Source of the DNA: a virus
Strand: one strand, 5' to 3'
Virus record (IMG/VR): IMGVR_UViG_3300044568_004391
Span: 1-64,000 of that record
DNA: 64,000 nt
Shown piece after piece: positions 1-9,986 of the stretch. The notes below the pieces were generated by a model, which did no database searches, was not told the origin of the DNA, and saw nothing but the letters and a program-made list of their open reading frames with translations. The first letter of the stretch is position 1. Each line of letters starts with the position of its first letter. Position numbers and translations under genes: made by a program.

Positions 1-9
1 CATTTTCGT

Positions 10-279
10 TTGAACGATATAAAGTGTTTTGTCCATAATAATGAAGATGATAATTTTTTAAAAATACTTTTTTATGGATTTGAAGAAATAAAAAACTTTA
101 ATCTAAAATATGAAGATAGTGTAAAAAACTTTTCTATTGATAATTGGAGTGAAATTATTATAGACCATAAAAATTTAAATAATATAAATATTGAATATAA
201 TGGTAAAAATTATAATCTATTGGAAGATTTGAATAAAGTCAAAAATTCTAAATACATAATTAAGAAAAAAAATGATTAA
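10..279 (+). CDS. hypothetical protein, probably the 3' end of a gene starting before the window
   Basis: Open frame from the window edge with a TTG pseudo-start; stop overlaps the next ATG. Confidence 0.5.
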   Translation: MNDIKCFVHNNEDDNFLKILFYGFEEIKNFNLKYEDSVKNFSIDNWSEIIIDHKNLNNINIEYNGKNYNLLEDLNKVKNSKYIIKKKND

Positions 280-1117
280 CATAGAAATTACAAAGACAGA
301 TGGAAATCTAAGTTTTAAAGTGGAACTTGATAAATTTACAACTTCAATAATAGGTGAGGATAAAAATTTAAAAGTAAGATTTTGTAAACTAGGATGTGAA
401 GATTATTGGGAACATAATATAGGTCCTGGTGTTTGGGTTACATTTAATACAGGATGGGTTACTGTTTATGATCTACAATTAATTTGTGATGATGAGGTTA
501 TTTACGAACATAAATTTGATTTCTTACTTTATGGTTCTGATTTAGAAAAGTTTTTTAATTTATATTGTAAAATAAACAAAAATACACGAGGTATTGTTGT
601 TGGATCCCATGATGGAACATTTGGTCATTGGGTTTTTTCAGTATTGAATCAAGAAACTTCGGCAATAATCATTGAGGGTTCTAATGAACAATATTTGAAA
701 CTTAAGAAAATGTATTCTGATAAACCAAAAAACATATTAATCAACGAAATTGTAACCAAGGACGGTGAAGATGTTGTTTGGTATAAAGGTGGTGAAGGAT
801 ATACTGATTCAATTATTTCGGAAGTACCAAACAAGTATATGAAGCCCGAACAAATTTCATCTGAGCTAAGAAAAACTAAAACTTTAAATGAAATTATTGA
901 AAAATATAATTATCAAGAATATGATTGGTTACATACTGACTTAGAAGGTTATGACGACAAATTAATAATGTCTTTGAAATATTTACCTAGGATAATTATA
1001 TTTGAAAGTAATCACATAAAAGAAAATGAAGATTATGGATTACTTTGTAATTTTTTGAGGGAAAAAGGATATATGATCAGAGATTTTGACGGTGATACTT
1101 TAGCAATTAGAAATTGA
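272..1117 (+). CDS. FkbM-family SAM-dependent methyltransferase-like protein
   Basis: VVGSHDG SAM-binding-like loop, IIIEG, WLHTDLEGYD (FkbM KIDxEG-like), IIFE, terminal F..L...GY. Confidence 0.65.
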   Translation: MINIEITKTDGNLSFKVELDKFTTSIIGEDKNLKVRFCKLGCEDYWEHNIGPGVWVTFNTGWVTVYDLQLICDDEVIYEHKFDFLLYGSDLEKFFNLYCKINKNTRGIVVGSHDGTFGHWVFSVLNQETSAIIIEGSNEQYLKLKKMYSDKPKNILINEIVTKDGEDVVWYKGGEGYTDSIISEVPNKYMKPEQISSELRKTKTLNEIIEKYNYQEYDWLHTDLEGYDDKLIMSLKYLPRIIIFESNHIKENEDYGLLCNFLREKGYMIRDFDGDTLAIRN

Positions 1118-2064
1118 AATTTGTCTCAGCCCAACCCGACGTTCCGTACTTTCATTGGCAATGTGAAATCTATGGATATAATTTTCAAAGATTAGGTATT
1201 GATCCGAATGATATTGTGATGTTGTTTGGACTGCAGGGTGATGAACCTTCTGATGGTTTAAAAAAACTCGCCGAAAAATACAACGTTCACTTTTACAAGG
1301 ACACAAGAAACAGGAAATATTATCCACCCTCTCTGAAACCCCATCTTATATGGAAATATCTGAAGGATAACCCAACGGATAAGTTTTTTCTTCATGACTC
1401 TGACATACTTTTTAGAAAACTTCCCGATTTTTCAAGATTCAATGATGATAAAATTTATTTGAGTGATACAAAAAGTTATATAGGATATCAATATCTTTTG
1501 GATTGTTGTCAGAGATATAAAGAAAAATTCCCTCAGACTCAAGACAGGGAATTGATCAGATGGATGATGGATGAGGTTGGAATTCCGATTGATTTGATTG
1601 AAAAAATGGACGAAAATGCGGGAGGTGCTCAATATACATTCTCAAATCAAGATTGGAGAGTATGGAAGAAAATCGAAAGGGACGCTCAATCGATTTATGA
1701 TAAGATGACGATGTACCAAAAGGTATATCCGTTGTCAAACAGTCCTGTTCAGTTTTGGACCGCTGAGATGTGGGCGGTCTTATGGAATTTGTGGTTCTTT
1801 GAATATGAAACCAAAATCACCAAAGAACTTGATTTTTCTTGGGCTTCAGATAATAGACAATTGTTGATGACCAAGAATATATTCCACTGTGCAGGTGTTA
1901 CCAAAGAGACCAAAGAGGGTAAATTTTATAAGGGTGATTTTATTGAAAAAAACCCAATCGATTTACTAAAGAACGATTCAACTTATTTTGACTATGTGTC
2001 AACAAATTCTGCAAGTTTTTTTTATATTCAAGAAATGAAAGATTTTGTTAGGAAAATGGAATAA
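1114..2064 (+). CDS. glycosyltransferase resembling plant peptidyl-serine galactosyltransferase SGT1 / Hyp-arabinosyltransferase HPAT
   Basis: Ordered motifs YFHWQ, YPPSLKP, HDSD (DxD), GYQYLLDC, AGG, WTAEMW match recalled SGT1 motifs YFDWQ, YPAINKP, LDAD, YGYLVGC, VGG, WISEMY; TTG start. Confidence 0.7.
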   Translation: MKFVSAQPDVPYFHWQCEIYGYNFQRLGIDPNDIVMLFGLQGDEPSDGLKKLAEKYNVHFYKDTRNRKYYPPSLKPHLIWKYLKDNPTDKFFLHDSDILFRKLPDFSRFNDDKIYLSDTKSYIGYQYLLDCCQRYKEKFPQTQDRELIRWMMDEVGIPIDLIEKMDENAGGAQYTFSNQDWRVWKKIERDAQSIYDKMTMYQKVYPLSNSPVQFWTAEMWAVLWNLWFFEYETKITKELDFSWASDNRQLLMTKNIFHCAGVTKETKEGKFYKGDFIEKNPIDLLKNDSTYFDYVSTNSASFFYIQEMKDFVRKME

Positions 2065-2097
2065 AAAAATACTTATTAAGAAAACAATTCAATCTGA

Positions 2098-4311
2098 ATG
2101 GCATTAGTCAATTGTTATAGGTGGGAAAAGTGTACAGACTCTTCGTCGTACATATGGGTTTCTACCGCTTATACAAGTCCTGATAATGTCGTTTATTACA
2201 GTGGTGAATGTTATGAAGTAAATTATTCAGTTACTGATTTTCAAGAACAGGTAATAATTTCAGCAAGTACATTTTATTCTGATTGTCCTACTTGTTTATC
2301 TTTGAATCCCTCGGCAACACCGACTCCAACACAGACTCAAACACCAACAATAACACCAACCTTAACGAGAACTACTACACCGACACCAACCATAACAAGG
2401 ACTCTTACCCCTACTAAAACATCAACACCAACAGTTACTCCCACTATAACCCCTACTGTTACGTCAGGTTTGGTTTCTGCAATTTTTAGTAATTGTTGCA
2501 CTGGTGATCTGATATATGCATTAACATATCCTTGGATCAATACTAGTTCTGAAATTGTTGTTGTTAGTGGTGGGACTTGTTTCAGGTTTGTTGAATATGA
2601 TGGTAATAACAACGGTGTTGACTACTTAGTTGACTTACAATATGTAAGTTGTTCGTTTTGTTTGGGTAATTATCCCTGTTTTCCAACACCTACCCCTACA
2701 GTTACTCCAACCATAACACCTAGTCCTTTACCTTGTAGTGATACTTCTTTTATATCTACACTCAGTGATTGTTATGAGGATTTTTGTATCTCGAATTTGG
2801 AAGGTCCATTATCTGTCTATAACGGAACATATAATCTTATAACGGGTACTGAATTATATAATTTACCTTACTACGAAAATACAGGAGGTACAGGTTACGT
2901 TTATTTCAAAGTAAATAAATGGTGTTTGTCTGATACACCAGGAGGATCGTGTATCATACAAGGTCAAAATAATCCATTGGATCCATGTCCTGCATTCCAC
3001 GAGAGTTTTTTCTATTCAGGTATTTGTATAACAACAACTACAACTACAGACCCGTGTAATGTTATTGATTTCAATGCGGTTTTCAATTGTGAAACCCCAA
3101 TAAATACCGCAACATTAACCCCAACACCTACCCCAACTCCAAGTCCTACCCCTTATGTTGATCGTTGTAGAGATGTTGGATTGACCGCAATTACTTATAC
3201 CACCACCACAACTACACTTCCTGTAACATCACCAACACCCACACCAAGCCCTCAACCACCGATCACAATTAGTGGAACTGTTGATTTTGAAATCTGTTGT
3301 TCTGATTTCATTTGTCCGGAAGTTTATAAGTTAAGAAATTGTACATCGGGTGAAATATTCTATGTTTCTCAAAGACTAATCGACTCGAGTGAAACGTATG
3401 TCCAAACAGGTCAAACATTTGATGCGATTGTTAATGGTAATAGAATTTGTTATGAATATTTGGGAAGAGAGTTGGGATCACCAAACATTTATTTGGATGA
3501 AATACTTTCAATTTACAACGAATGTGATCTTTGTCTCGTAACACCCACACCAACAGTTACACCAACATTAACTCAGACACCAACTGTCACACCGACTTTA
3601 ACACAGACACCTACGGTTTCGAGTTCATTTAGTACAGTAACACCAAGTATTACAACTACCCCGTCAAAAACACCAAAACCGACATCTACACCTACACCTA
3701 CCGTAACACCAACTCCACCTCATAAAATCTATGTGTATCAAGCATGTTCACCTGTCACCACTGCTTATGATTTAGTAATTCAGACAGTCGAGGTGACGGG
3801 TGTTACTTTAAATCAAACATTCAGAACAGGATACAATCAACCATGTTTCCAATATCTTGGAGAATATAATTTAGGTGAGTACTTTGTTAATCCTCAACTC
3901 AATGCTTTCGAATATACAGGAAATTACTTTGGTAATATAAATCCTTATTATGTTTTTGAAAGTTGTAACCAATGTCAGAATCCATTCCAATTCTCAATAA
4001 GAAGAGGAAATACAAACAATAATACAATATACTCATACCAGTTAAGACAGTCATATGACCAAGTAAACTATACCTCTGTGAATCTTGGATTTTTCTTCGA
4101 AGGTTCTATGTACATAAGAGTACAAAATCCCACTTCATCACAGGCGGGTCCACCTGCAAAATTCACAACATTAAGAATTTACGATGATGACACAAACGAA
4201 TTGTTGAATACATATAATTTAAATAATGTAACTTCTTATGAATTCCCTTATACTTTATTAAGGAATATCAGAATTGAAGTAACAATAAACCAACCAACGT
4301 CAGAAGGATAA
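2098..4311 (+). CDS. Thr/Pro-repeat, Cys-module putative virion protein
   Basis: 737 aa; several TPTPT tracts separating ~60-aa modules that end in CxxC. Confidence 0.7.
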   Translation: MALVNCYRWEKCTDSSSYIWVSTAYTSPDNVVYYSGECYEVNYSVTDFQEQVIISASTFYSDCPTCLSLNPSATPTPTQTQTPTITPTLTRTTTPTPTITRTLTPTKTSTPTVTPTITPTVTSGLVSAIFSNCCTGDLIYALTYPWINTSSEIVVVSGGTCFRFVEYDGNNNGVDYLVDLQYVSCSFCLGNYPCFPTPTPTVTPTITPSPLPCSDTSFISTLSDCYEDFCISNLEGPLSVYNGTYNLITGTELYNLPYYENTGGTGYVYFKVNKWCLSDTPGGSCIIQGQNNPLDPCPAFHESFFYSGICITTTTTTDPCNVIDFNAVFNCETPINTATLTPTPTPTPSPTPYVDRCRDVGLTAITYTTTTTTLPVTSPTPTPSPQPPITISGTVDFEICCSDFICPEVYKLRNCTSGEIFYVSQRLIDSSETYVQTGQTFDAIVNGNRICYEYLGRELGSPNIYLDEILSIYNECDLCLVTPTPTVTPTLTQTPTVTPTLTQTPTVSSSFSTVTPSITTTPSKTPKPTSTPTPTVTPTPPHKIYVYQACSPVTTAYDLVIQTVEVTGVTLNQTFRTGYNQPCFQYLGEYNLGEYFVNPQLNAFEYTGNYFGNINPYYVFESCNQCQNPFQFSIRRGNTNNNTIYSYQLRQSYDQVNYTSVNLGFFFEGSMYIRVQNPTSSQAGPPAKFTTLRIYDDDTNELLNTYNLNNVTSYEFPYTLLRNIRIEVTINQPTSEG

Positions 4312-6312
4312 ATGCCGTATTTTCTAAATATATCACAAATATTAGGTACACCTCCTTTCAACGTTTATGTTTGTGACGAATTTGGTTCGAATTGTGAATT
4401 TATTGAGACAATAAATGAATCTGATTTACCATTTTCTTTCCAATTACCGTCGGCTTTTACAGAATCATCTTATTGTGTGTCAATTATTGATGATCTTGGT
4501 TGTGATATAAATAACTGTATTGCTGTAACACCAACTAATACACCGACCAATACTATTACACCCTCTATCACACCAACAATCACGGTGACTCCAAGTCAGA
4601 CAAGACCAATCGTTTATTATGCAGGTGTTGAGTGTTGTGATGGAACAATTATTCAATTATATGATATAAATGGAGATGATATAGTAAATGATGGTGAGTT
4701 TTTCTATTTATCAGGTTTTTCAGTTTCAGATCCAAGTCAGATTATAACAGGATGTTATGAAATAAGAACAACGTTGTCTGGTGGAACAATTTATGAGGTA
4801 GAAATTTACGGAGATGGATCTGCTTCACCATATACTGGTTGTTCGGCGTGTTTAACCGACAGAGTTTTGGCGTGTTCATTAACACCAACCCCAACAAACA
4901 CTGAAACACCAACTCCTACTCCAGGTTTGTCACCAACTCCGACACCTACGAATACTCAAACACCAACTGAGACTCCAACCGAGACACCCACAAATACACC
5001 TACAGTCACTCAAACACCGACCAATACACCTACAGTCACTGAAACACCGACTAACACACCTACGACAACTATAACACCAACAAATACAATCACGCCAACA
5101 ATCACAAAAACACCGACACAAACCCCGACAAATACGGTGACTCCAACAATTACTCCAACTCAAACAAGTACACCTGCAAATACTGTAACTCCTACTATTT
5201 CAGAAACACCTACAAATACCCCCACAAATACGGTTACTCCGACCCTGACACAAACGCCTACAAATACCCCCACAAATACGGTCACTCCAACCCTGACACA
5301 AACACCTACAAATACTCCAACGAATACTGTTACACAAACGGTTACTGAGACACCTACCAATACTCCAACTAATACTATTACACCTACTAATACTCAAACA
5401 CCGACTATTACACCTAGTATTACTGCAACAGTAACGTCAACAGTAACTCCAACAGTAACTCCAACTCCGACAAAGACAGTGACGCCAACAACAACTGTCA
5501 CACCCACAAGAACTGTAACACCAACTAATACTCCTCCACTCAACACCTACACTTTCCAATCTTGTGCAACAAAACTGAGACCTGACCTCATAGATGTTGT
5601 GTACAATTATTCGGCTTTTAATTTTACAACTAGTACAGTCTATTCAACAGGGAGTACAGTAGAGGTTTCTATACTCATCAGTGCAGGATGTCCGCTTTGT
5701 AAGTTTTCAGTAGATGAATGTTATTCTGTGATCACATATGACGCATCCAAACCAACCAAGCCTGCGAATTATACAGTAGGAACGACGGCAACATGTGGGG
5801 CTGGTAAGTGTGATTTAACATATATTGGATTACAAGAATGTGGGACTACTGATAAATTTTTGAGTTCGGCTAATATACCAAACTTAACTGCAAATACATG
5901 GACTGTGGGTAGTACCGCAAGAATACCAACAATACTACCGATTGCCCCAACATATCTATCAGGTCATGAATTCTCAGGAGTTTGTTTTCAGATAATAGCA
6001 CCTCAATCATCATTAAATCTATCACAGACTGGAATATTCGGAGATGAATGGGCACAGAATGAAAGTGGTTTCTTAAAAACTTCAAGTTGTGTGAGTACGA
6101 ACTGTGATTCATGTAGAGAAGATGTTATATTAGTCAATACTGATGATTCACCTCAGACGGTTAATTATACTTTATGTGATGGAGTTGCAACATCTTCGAC
6201 TATACCAGCAGGGAATCAAATTACACAAACATCTTGTATTAGTGTAGTTTCGTTTATGAATAATGCACCTGCTACAGGACAGGTATTCTTCTCTGGTGGT
6301 ACGGCATGTTAA
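4312..6312 (+). CDS. Thr/Pro-repeat, Cys-module putative virion protein
   Basis: 666 aa; ~220-aa TPT tract; N-terminus ([11 protein letters not shown]) paralogous to 6328..7272. Confidence 0.7.
   Translation: MPYFLNISQILGTPPFNVYVCDEFGSNCEFIETINESDLPFSFQLPSAFTESSYCVSIIDDLGCDINNCIAVTPTNTPTNTITPSITPTITVTPSQTRPIVYYAGVECCDGTIIQLYDINGDDIVNDGEFFYLSGFSVSDPSQIITGCYEIRTTLSGGTIYEVEIYGDGSASPYTGCSACLTDRVLACSLTPTPTNTETPTPTPGLSPTPTPTNTQTPTETPTETPTNTPTVTQTPTNTPTVTETPTNTPTTTITPTNTITPTITKTPTQTPTNTVTPTITPTQTSTPANTVTPTISETPTNTPTNTVTPTLTQTPTNTPTNTVTPTLTQTPTNTPTNTVTQTVTETPTNTPTNTITPTNTQTPTITPSITATVTSTVTPTVTPTPTKTVTPTTTVTPTRTVTPTNTPPLNTYTFQSCATKLRPDLIDVVYNYSAFNFTTSTVYSTGSTVEVSILISAGCPLCKFSVDECYSVITYDASKPTKPANYTVGTTATCGAGKCDLTYIGLQECGTTDKFLSSANIPNLTANTWTVGSTARIPTILPIAPTYLSGHEFSGVCFQIIAPQSSLNLSQTGIFGDEWAQNESGFLKTSSCVSTNCDSCREDVILVNTDDSPQTVNYTLCDGVATSSTIPAGNQITQTSCISVVSFMNNAPATGQVFFSGGTAC
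5209..5320 (+). repeat. ~48-bp near-exact tandem repeat encoding [16 protein letters not shown]
   Basis: cctacaaatacccccacaaatacggt(t/c)actcc(g/a)accctgacacaaac repeated about 2.3 times. Confidence 0.75.
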
Positions 6313-6327
6313 TACTATTTATGTAAA

Positions 6328-7272
6328 ATGCAAGTAGAAATAACTAACATATCAGGACAGGAACCATACGACATTTTTGTGTGTGATATAGACGCATTGA
6401 ATTGTATTTGGATTGATAATATTTCTGATAGTCAATTACCATTTTATTTCGATATTCCAAGTATATTTCAAACTTATGGAAATAATTTTGTCGTGAAAAT
6501 GGTAGACTCCAATTTATGTCAGTTCACAACTACCTCTACCATGGCGTCACCTACTCCGACACCAACAAATACACAAACACCAACAATTACACCAACAAAT
6601 ACAGCGACACCTACCCTTACACCAACAAATACAGCGACACCTACCCTTACACCTACTAATACAGCGACACCTACCGTTACACCTACCTTTACGAGTACAT
6701 CTACACAAACACCTACACCTACCAAAACATCAACACCTACTACAACACAAACACCTACAGTAACTCCCACAATTACACCAACAATCACAACAACCCCAAC
6801 CAATACGATTACACCATCAGAAACGGCGACATCAACACCAACGCCAACTCTAACACCTACAACTACAGAAACACCCACAAATACTCCAACAAATACAGAG
6901 ACACCTACAAATACACCAACAAACACAGAGACACCTACAAACACTCCAACAATAACGCCTACCACATCAATTACACCAAGTATAACACCTACCATTTCTT
7001 TAACACCGAGTATAACACCTTCTCCGAGATGTGATTGTTATTCGGGAGTTACAATTACATTCGAATGTACTACTGGAATCTGTCCAGGAAGTGCTAATTT
7101 TGGTTTCTATGGTTGTGACCAAGAAACCTATGATGAAGTAACTGTGGATGTAAATGATTCATTACAAGTGAATAGGTGTATGTATTTACCTTCCTTGGAC
7201 GTAGTGTCATATATACCACCTCAATCTTCTTGGTCTTATAGTCTGAGTGGAGCAACAACATGTTGTGAATAA
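6328..7272 (+). CDS. Thr/Pro-repeat putative virion protein
   Basis: N-terminal [11 protein letters not shown] domain, ~160-aa TP tract, Cys-rich C-terminus. Confidence 0.7.
   Translation: MQVEITNISGQEPYDIFVCDIDALNCIWIDNISDSQLPFYFDIPSIFQTYGNNFVVKMVDSNLCQFTTTSTMASPTPTPTNTQTPTITPTNTATPTLTPTNTATPTLTPTNTATPTVTPTFTSTSTQTPTPTKTSTPTTTQTPTVTPTITPTITTTPTNTITPSETATSTPTPTLTPTTTETPTNTPTNTETPTNTPTNTETPTNTPTITPTTSITPSITPTISLTPSITPSPRCDCYSGVTITFECTTGICPGSANFGFYGCDQETYDEVTVDVNDSLQVNRCMYLPSLDVVSYIPPQSSWSYSLSGATTCCE
6591..6680 (+). repeat. 30-bp tandem repeat x3 ([10 protein letters not shown])
   Basis: accaacaaatacagcgacacctacccttac twice exactly plus one variant copy. Confidence 0.85.
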
Positions 7273-7284
7273 TGAATAAAGAAA

Positions 7285-8979
7285 ATGAGTATATTCAATA
7301 ACATAAACGACTGTTCACCAATAACGATTTTTCCTTTGGGTGTTGAATGTGTATCAACGAATACATCAACACCAATATCTACGGACGGATCTTTGAGTTT
7401 GAATATAACAGGAGGAACACCGCCTTATGATATTACTTGGAGTAATGGTGAATCTTCACCAACCATCTTGAATTTAGCCGCCGGATCATATTCTGCAACG
7501 ATTATTGATTACTATGGTGATTATACAGCATCAACTACTTGTGTTGTTGGATCCGAAACTTTTGATTTATACAAATTCACATCTTGTCCTGATAGTGCAA
7601 CAACAATCTATCTCAGTGCGACAACAACTAATTTGACCGTAGGTAAGATATATCAATTATCTAATTTTATTTCGGGGAGTTGTACAAATATAGTTTTAGA
7701 ATATACAGACTTCATACCCGTTGGATCGCCCGCACAACTTTCTTCACCTTTATATTTGGGGATGAAAAATTTTAGTAATGGAATCACAATTGAATATTAC
7801 TACTCTAATGGAAACATATATGAATACTCATATCCTTCTGTTACTTATTTGGGATCTTATATAAGTATTTTTAATGCTCCTTTACAATTACCGAGTAAAC
7901 AAGATTTAATCTGTAATGGTGTCACCTACGATTCATTTGATTCGACTTGGTTCGCTTATCCAAACATATCTTATTTGGGTAAAACATATACTTTATGGGT
8001 TTTAGCAACGGCAGGTGAATTGGCTAATTCTGAAGGAATTCAAACGGTAGTTTTCTGTTGTGATGACTCTTTGACTCCAAATTGTTGGACTTATTTGGGT
8101 CAGGAATATTATACGGGTCAAACTATATCAAATAACTCGAGCTATTTCTATGATTTTGATTCTTGTGTAGAATGTAATCCATCACTATCCGATGTTCCTG
8201 ACACTATTTGTTTGAATAAGGGAATTCAGACATCACCAACACCCACACCAACGATCACACCAACTCCAACCGTAACTCCAACTTTAACTGCTACACCCAC
8301 TGTCACACCGTCTATCACGCCAAGTACAAGTGCTAATAATCTTGTTTCCTTCTATTCATGTTGTGGATATCAATATTTCAACGTGAATACAACCGAAACG
8401 GTATTCCCAATCGTTCCTAATGTCGGTGACACTCAGATTGTTGTATTTACAAATGAATCATCTGCAAATCCATTCTTAAACAATAAGTGTTTCACAAGGG
8501 TTGCGTTCAATTCTTCATATACTCTGAAGAGTTTAAGTTCGGCAGGAGCGGTTGTCTTTGATAATACAATCTATGGATCTTGTGAAATTTGTGACGGGGT
8601 TTCTCCTTGTATTCCTCCATCACAATCCCAAACGCCTACGGTGACACCAACTCCTACGGTCACACCATCAATAACAGTTACATCCACTCCAACTCTTACT
8701 CCTTTCTTTACACCATCTAATACACCAACAAATACACCAACTCCAAGCTTAACCCCTACAATTTCATTAACACCTTCAATAACCCCTACCAATACTGGAA
8801 CCCCAACACAAACACCTTCTATAACACCAAGTTCTTCGGTTACACCAACTATAAGTCCAAGTCCGACAATAACTCCATCTATAACTCCAACAATTACTCC
8901 ATCCCCTCTCTTCTATTTACAACAGGAAAATGAATTCTATATCCTTCAAGAGGATGGAAGTAAAATAATTATCACCTAA
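7285..8979 (+). CDS. Thr/Pro-repeat virion protein with SprB-like repeat and C-terminal LQEDG motif
   Basis: DGSLSLNITGGTPPYDITWSNG (SprB-like), Cys modules, TP tracts, ends YILQEDGSKIIIT. Confidence 0.7.
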   Translation: MSIFNNINDCSPITIFPLGVECVSTNTSTPISTDGSLSLNITGGTPPYDITWSNGESSPTILNLAAGSYSATIIDYYGDYTASTTCVVGSETFDLYKFTSCPDSATTIYLSATTTNLTVGKIYQLSNFISGSCTNIVLEYTDFIPVGSPAQLSSPLYLGMKNFSNGITIEYYYSNGNIYEYSYPSVTYLGSYISIFNAPLQLPSKQDLICNGVTYDSFDSTWFAYPNISYLGKTYTLWVLATAGELANSEGIQTVVFCCDDSLTPNCWTYLGQEYYTGQTISNNSSYFYDFDSCVECNPSLSDVPDTICLNKGIQTSPTPTPTITPTPTVTPTLTATPTVTPSITPSTSANNLVSFYSCCGYQYFNVNTTETVFPIVPNVGDTQIVVFTNESSANPFLNNKCFTRVAFNSSYTLKSLSSAGAVVFDNTIYGSCEICDGVSPCIPPSQSQTPTVTPTPTVTPSITVTSTPTLTPFFTPSNTPTNTPTPSLTPTISLTPSITPTNTGTPTQTPSITPSSSVTPTISPSPTITPSITPTITPSPLFYLQQENEFYILQEDGSKIIIT

Positions 8980-8993
8980 AAATATTTATAATT

Positions 8994-9563
8994 ATGCCAG
9001 ATTTACCAATATCATCCTTACCTGAATTAACAGCATTGACGAACAATACAGAATTTGCTGTCGCTTCAAATGGGGTGACTTATAAAGTAAAATCCGTAAA
9101 TTTATCTTCAGGTAATTTGGTTGGGTCTTTTATTTCACTTTCATCTCAAACAGCATCTTCAACTACCGTTGCGTATTCAATGAGTGCTAACACAACAACC
9201 CTTTCAAGTGGAGTTACTGTGGTTGATGGGTCTAAATTTACGGTGGCTTCAGCAGGAACTTTTAATATTCAGTTTTCAGCACAAGTCGAATCTTCAGGTG
9301 GTGGTAATGCTCAGACTGTGGATATTTGGCTTTCCAAAAACGGATCAAATGTTGATTATACAAATACTCAAATTGTAGGTAACTCAAACAACGGTCGTAG
9401 TGTTGCTGCTTGGAACTTCGTTGAAACAAATACATCTGGTGGATTTTTCGAAATAAAATGGAGAGTGGATGATGTTAGATTAGGATTTGTTTATCAAGGA
9501 CCCAACACAAATCCTACAAGACCCGCAATTCCCTCTGTAATCGTAACCGTAACTCAAGTATAA
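8994..9563 (+). CDS. putative tail-fibre tip protein (C1q/BclA-like beta-sandwich)
   Basis: N-terminal ISSLP motif; FTVASAGTFNIQFSAQ...AAWNF...PSVIVTVTQV. Confidence 0.5.
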   Translation: MPDLPISSLPELTALTNNTEFAVASNGVTYKVKSVNLSSGNLVGSFISLSSQTASSTTVAYSMSANTTTLSSGVTVVDGSKFTVASAGTFNIQFSAQVESSGGGNAQTVDIWLSKNGSNVDYTNTQIVGNSNNGRSVAAWNFVETNTSGGFFEIKWRVDDVRLGFVYQGPNTNPTRPAIPSVIVTVTQV

Positions 9564-9986
9564 ATGTCAGATTTAACAATATCCCAACTCACGAGTGTTG
9601 GATCATTATCCAACCAAGCGTTCTTTCCATTGTCACAAGATGGATCCACATATAAAGTTGCTTTTAGTGCTTTGACCGATTCGATTTCGGGAACGAGTTC
9701 CAATAATTATGTAACAACTGGAATCACCACAAGTCAAACTTTGAGTTGGGACAAACAATATTGGGGAATTTCGGGTACTACAAATGTTGATGTTACTTTA
9801 CCTTCTTTGGCGGGTAAAAACGGATATTTTTTAATCGTAAAGGATGAGGCAGGAATTTGCGGAACATATAGAATTAGGATTACTCCAACAGATGGATTAA
9901 TTGATGGGAGTTCTTATGTTGATATGAACATAAACAATATGTCATTAACTATAATGACAAGAAATAATAATTGGTATATAATATGA
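9564..9986 (+). CDS. putative tail-fibre protein
   Basis: N-terminal ISQL motif; VTLP...IVKDEAG...IDG fibre-type repeat. Confidence 0.5.
   Translation: MSDLTISQLTSVGSLSNQAFFPLSQDGSTYKVAFSALTDSISGTSSNNYVTTGITTSQTLSWDKQYWGISGTTNVDVTLPSLAGKNGYFLIVKDEAGICGTYRIRITPTDGLIDGSSYVDMNINNMSLTIMTRNNNWYII

Noticed and set aside
2337-8792. Minus-strand Val/Gly-rich and Cys/Arg-rich ORFs (e.g. 2337-2612, 4930-5397, 6519-6995, 8571-8792)
   Set aside because: Antisense shadows of ACN/CCN codon runs in the TP tracts
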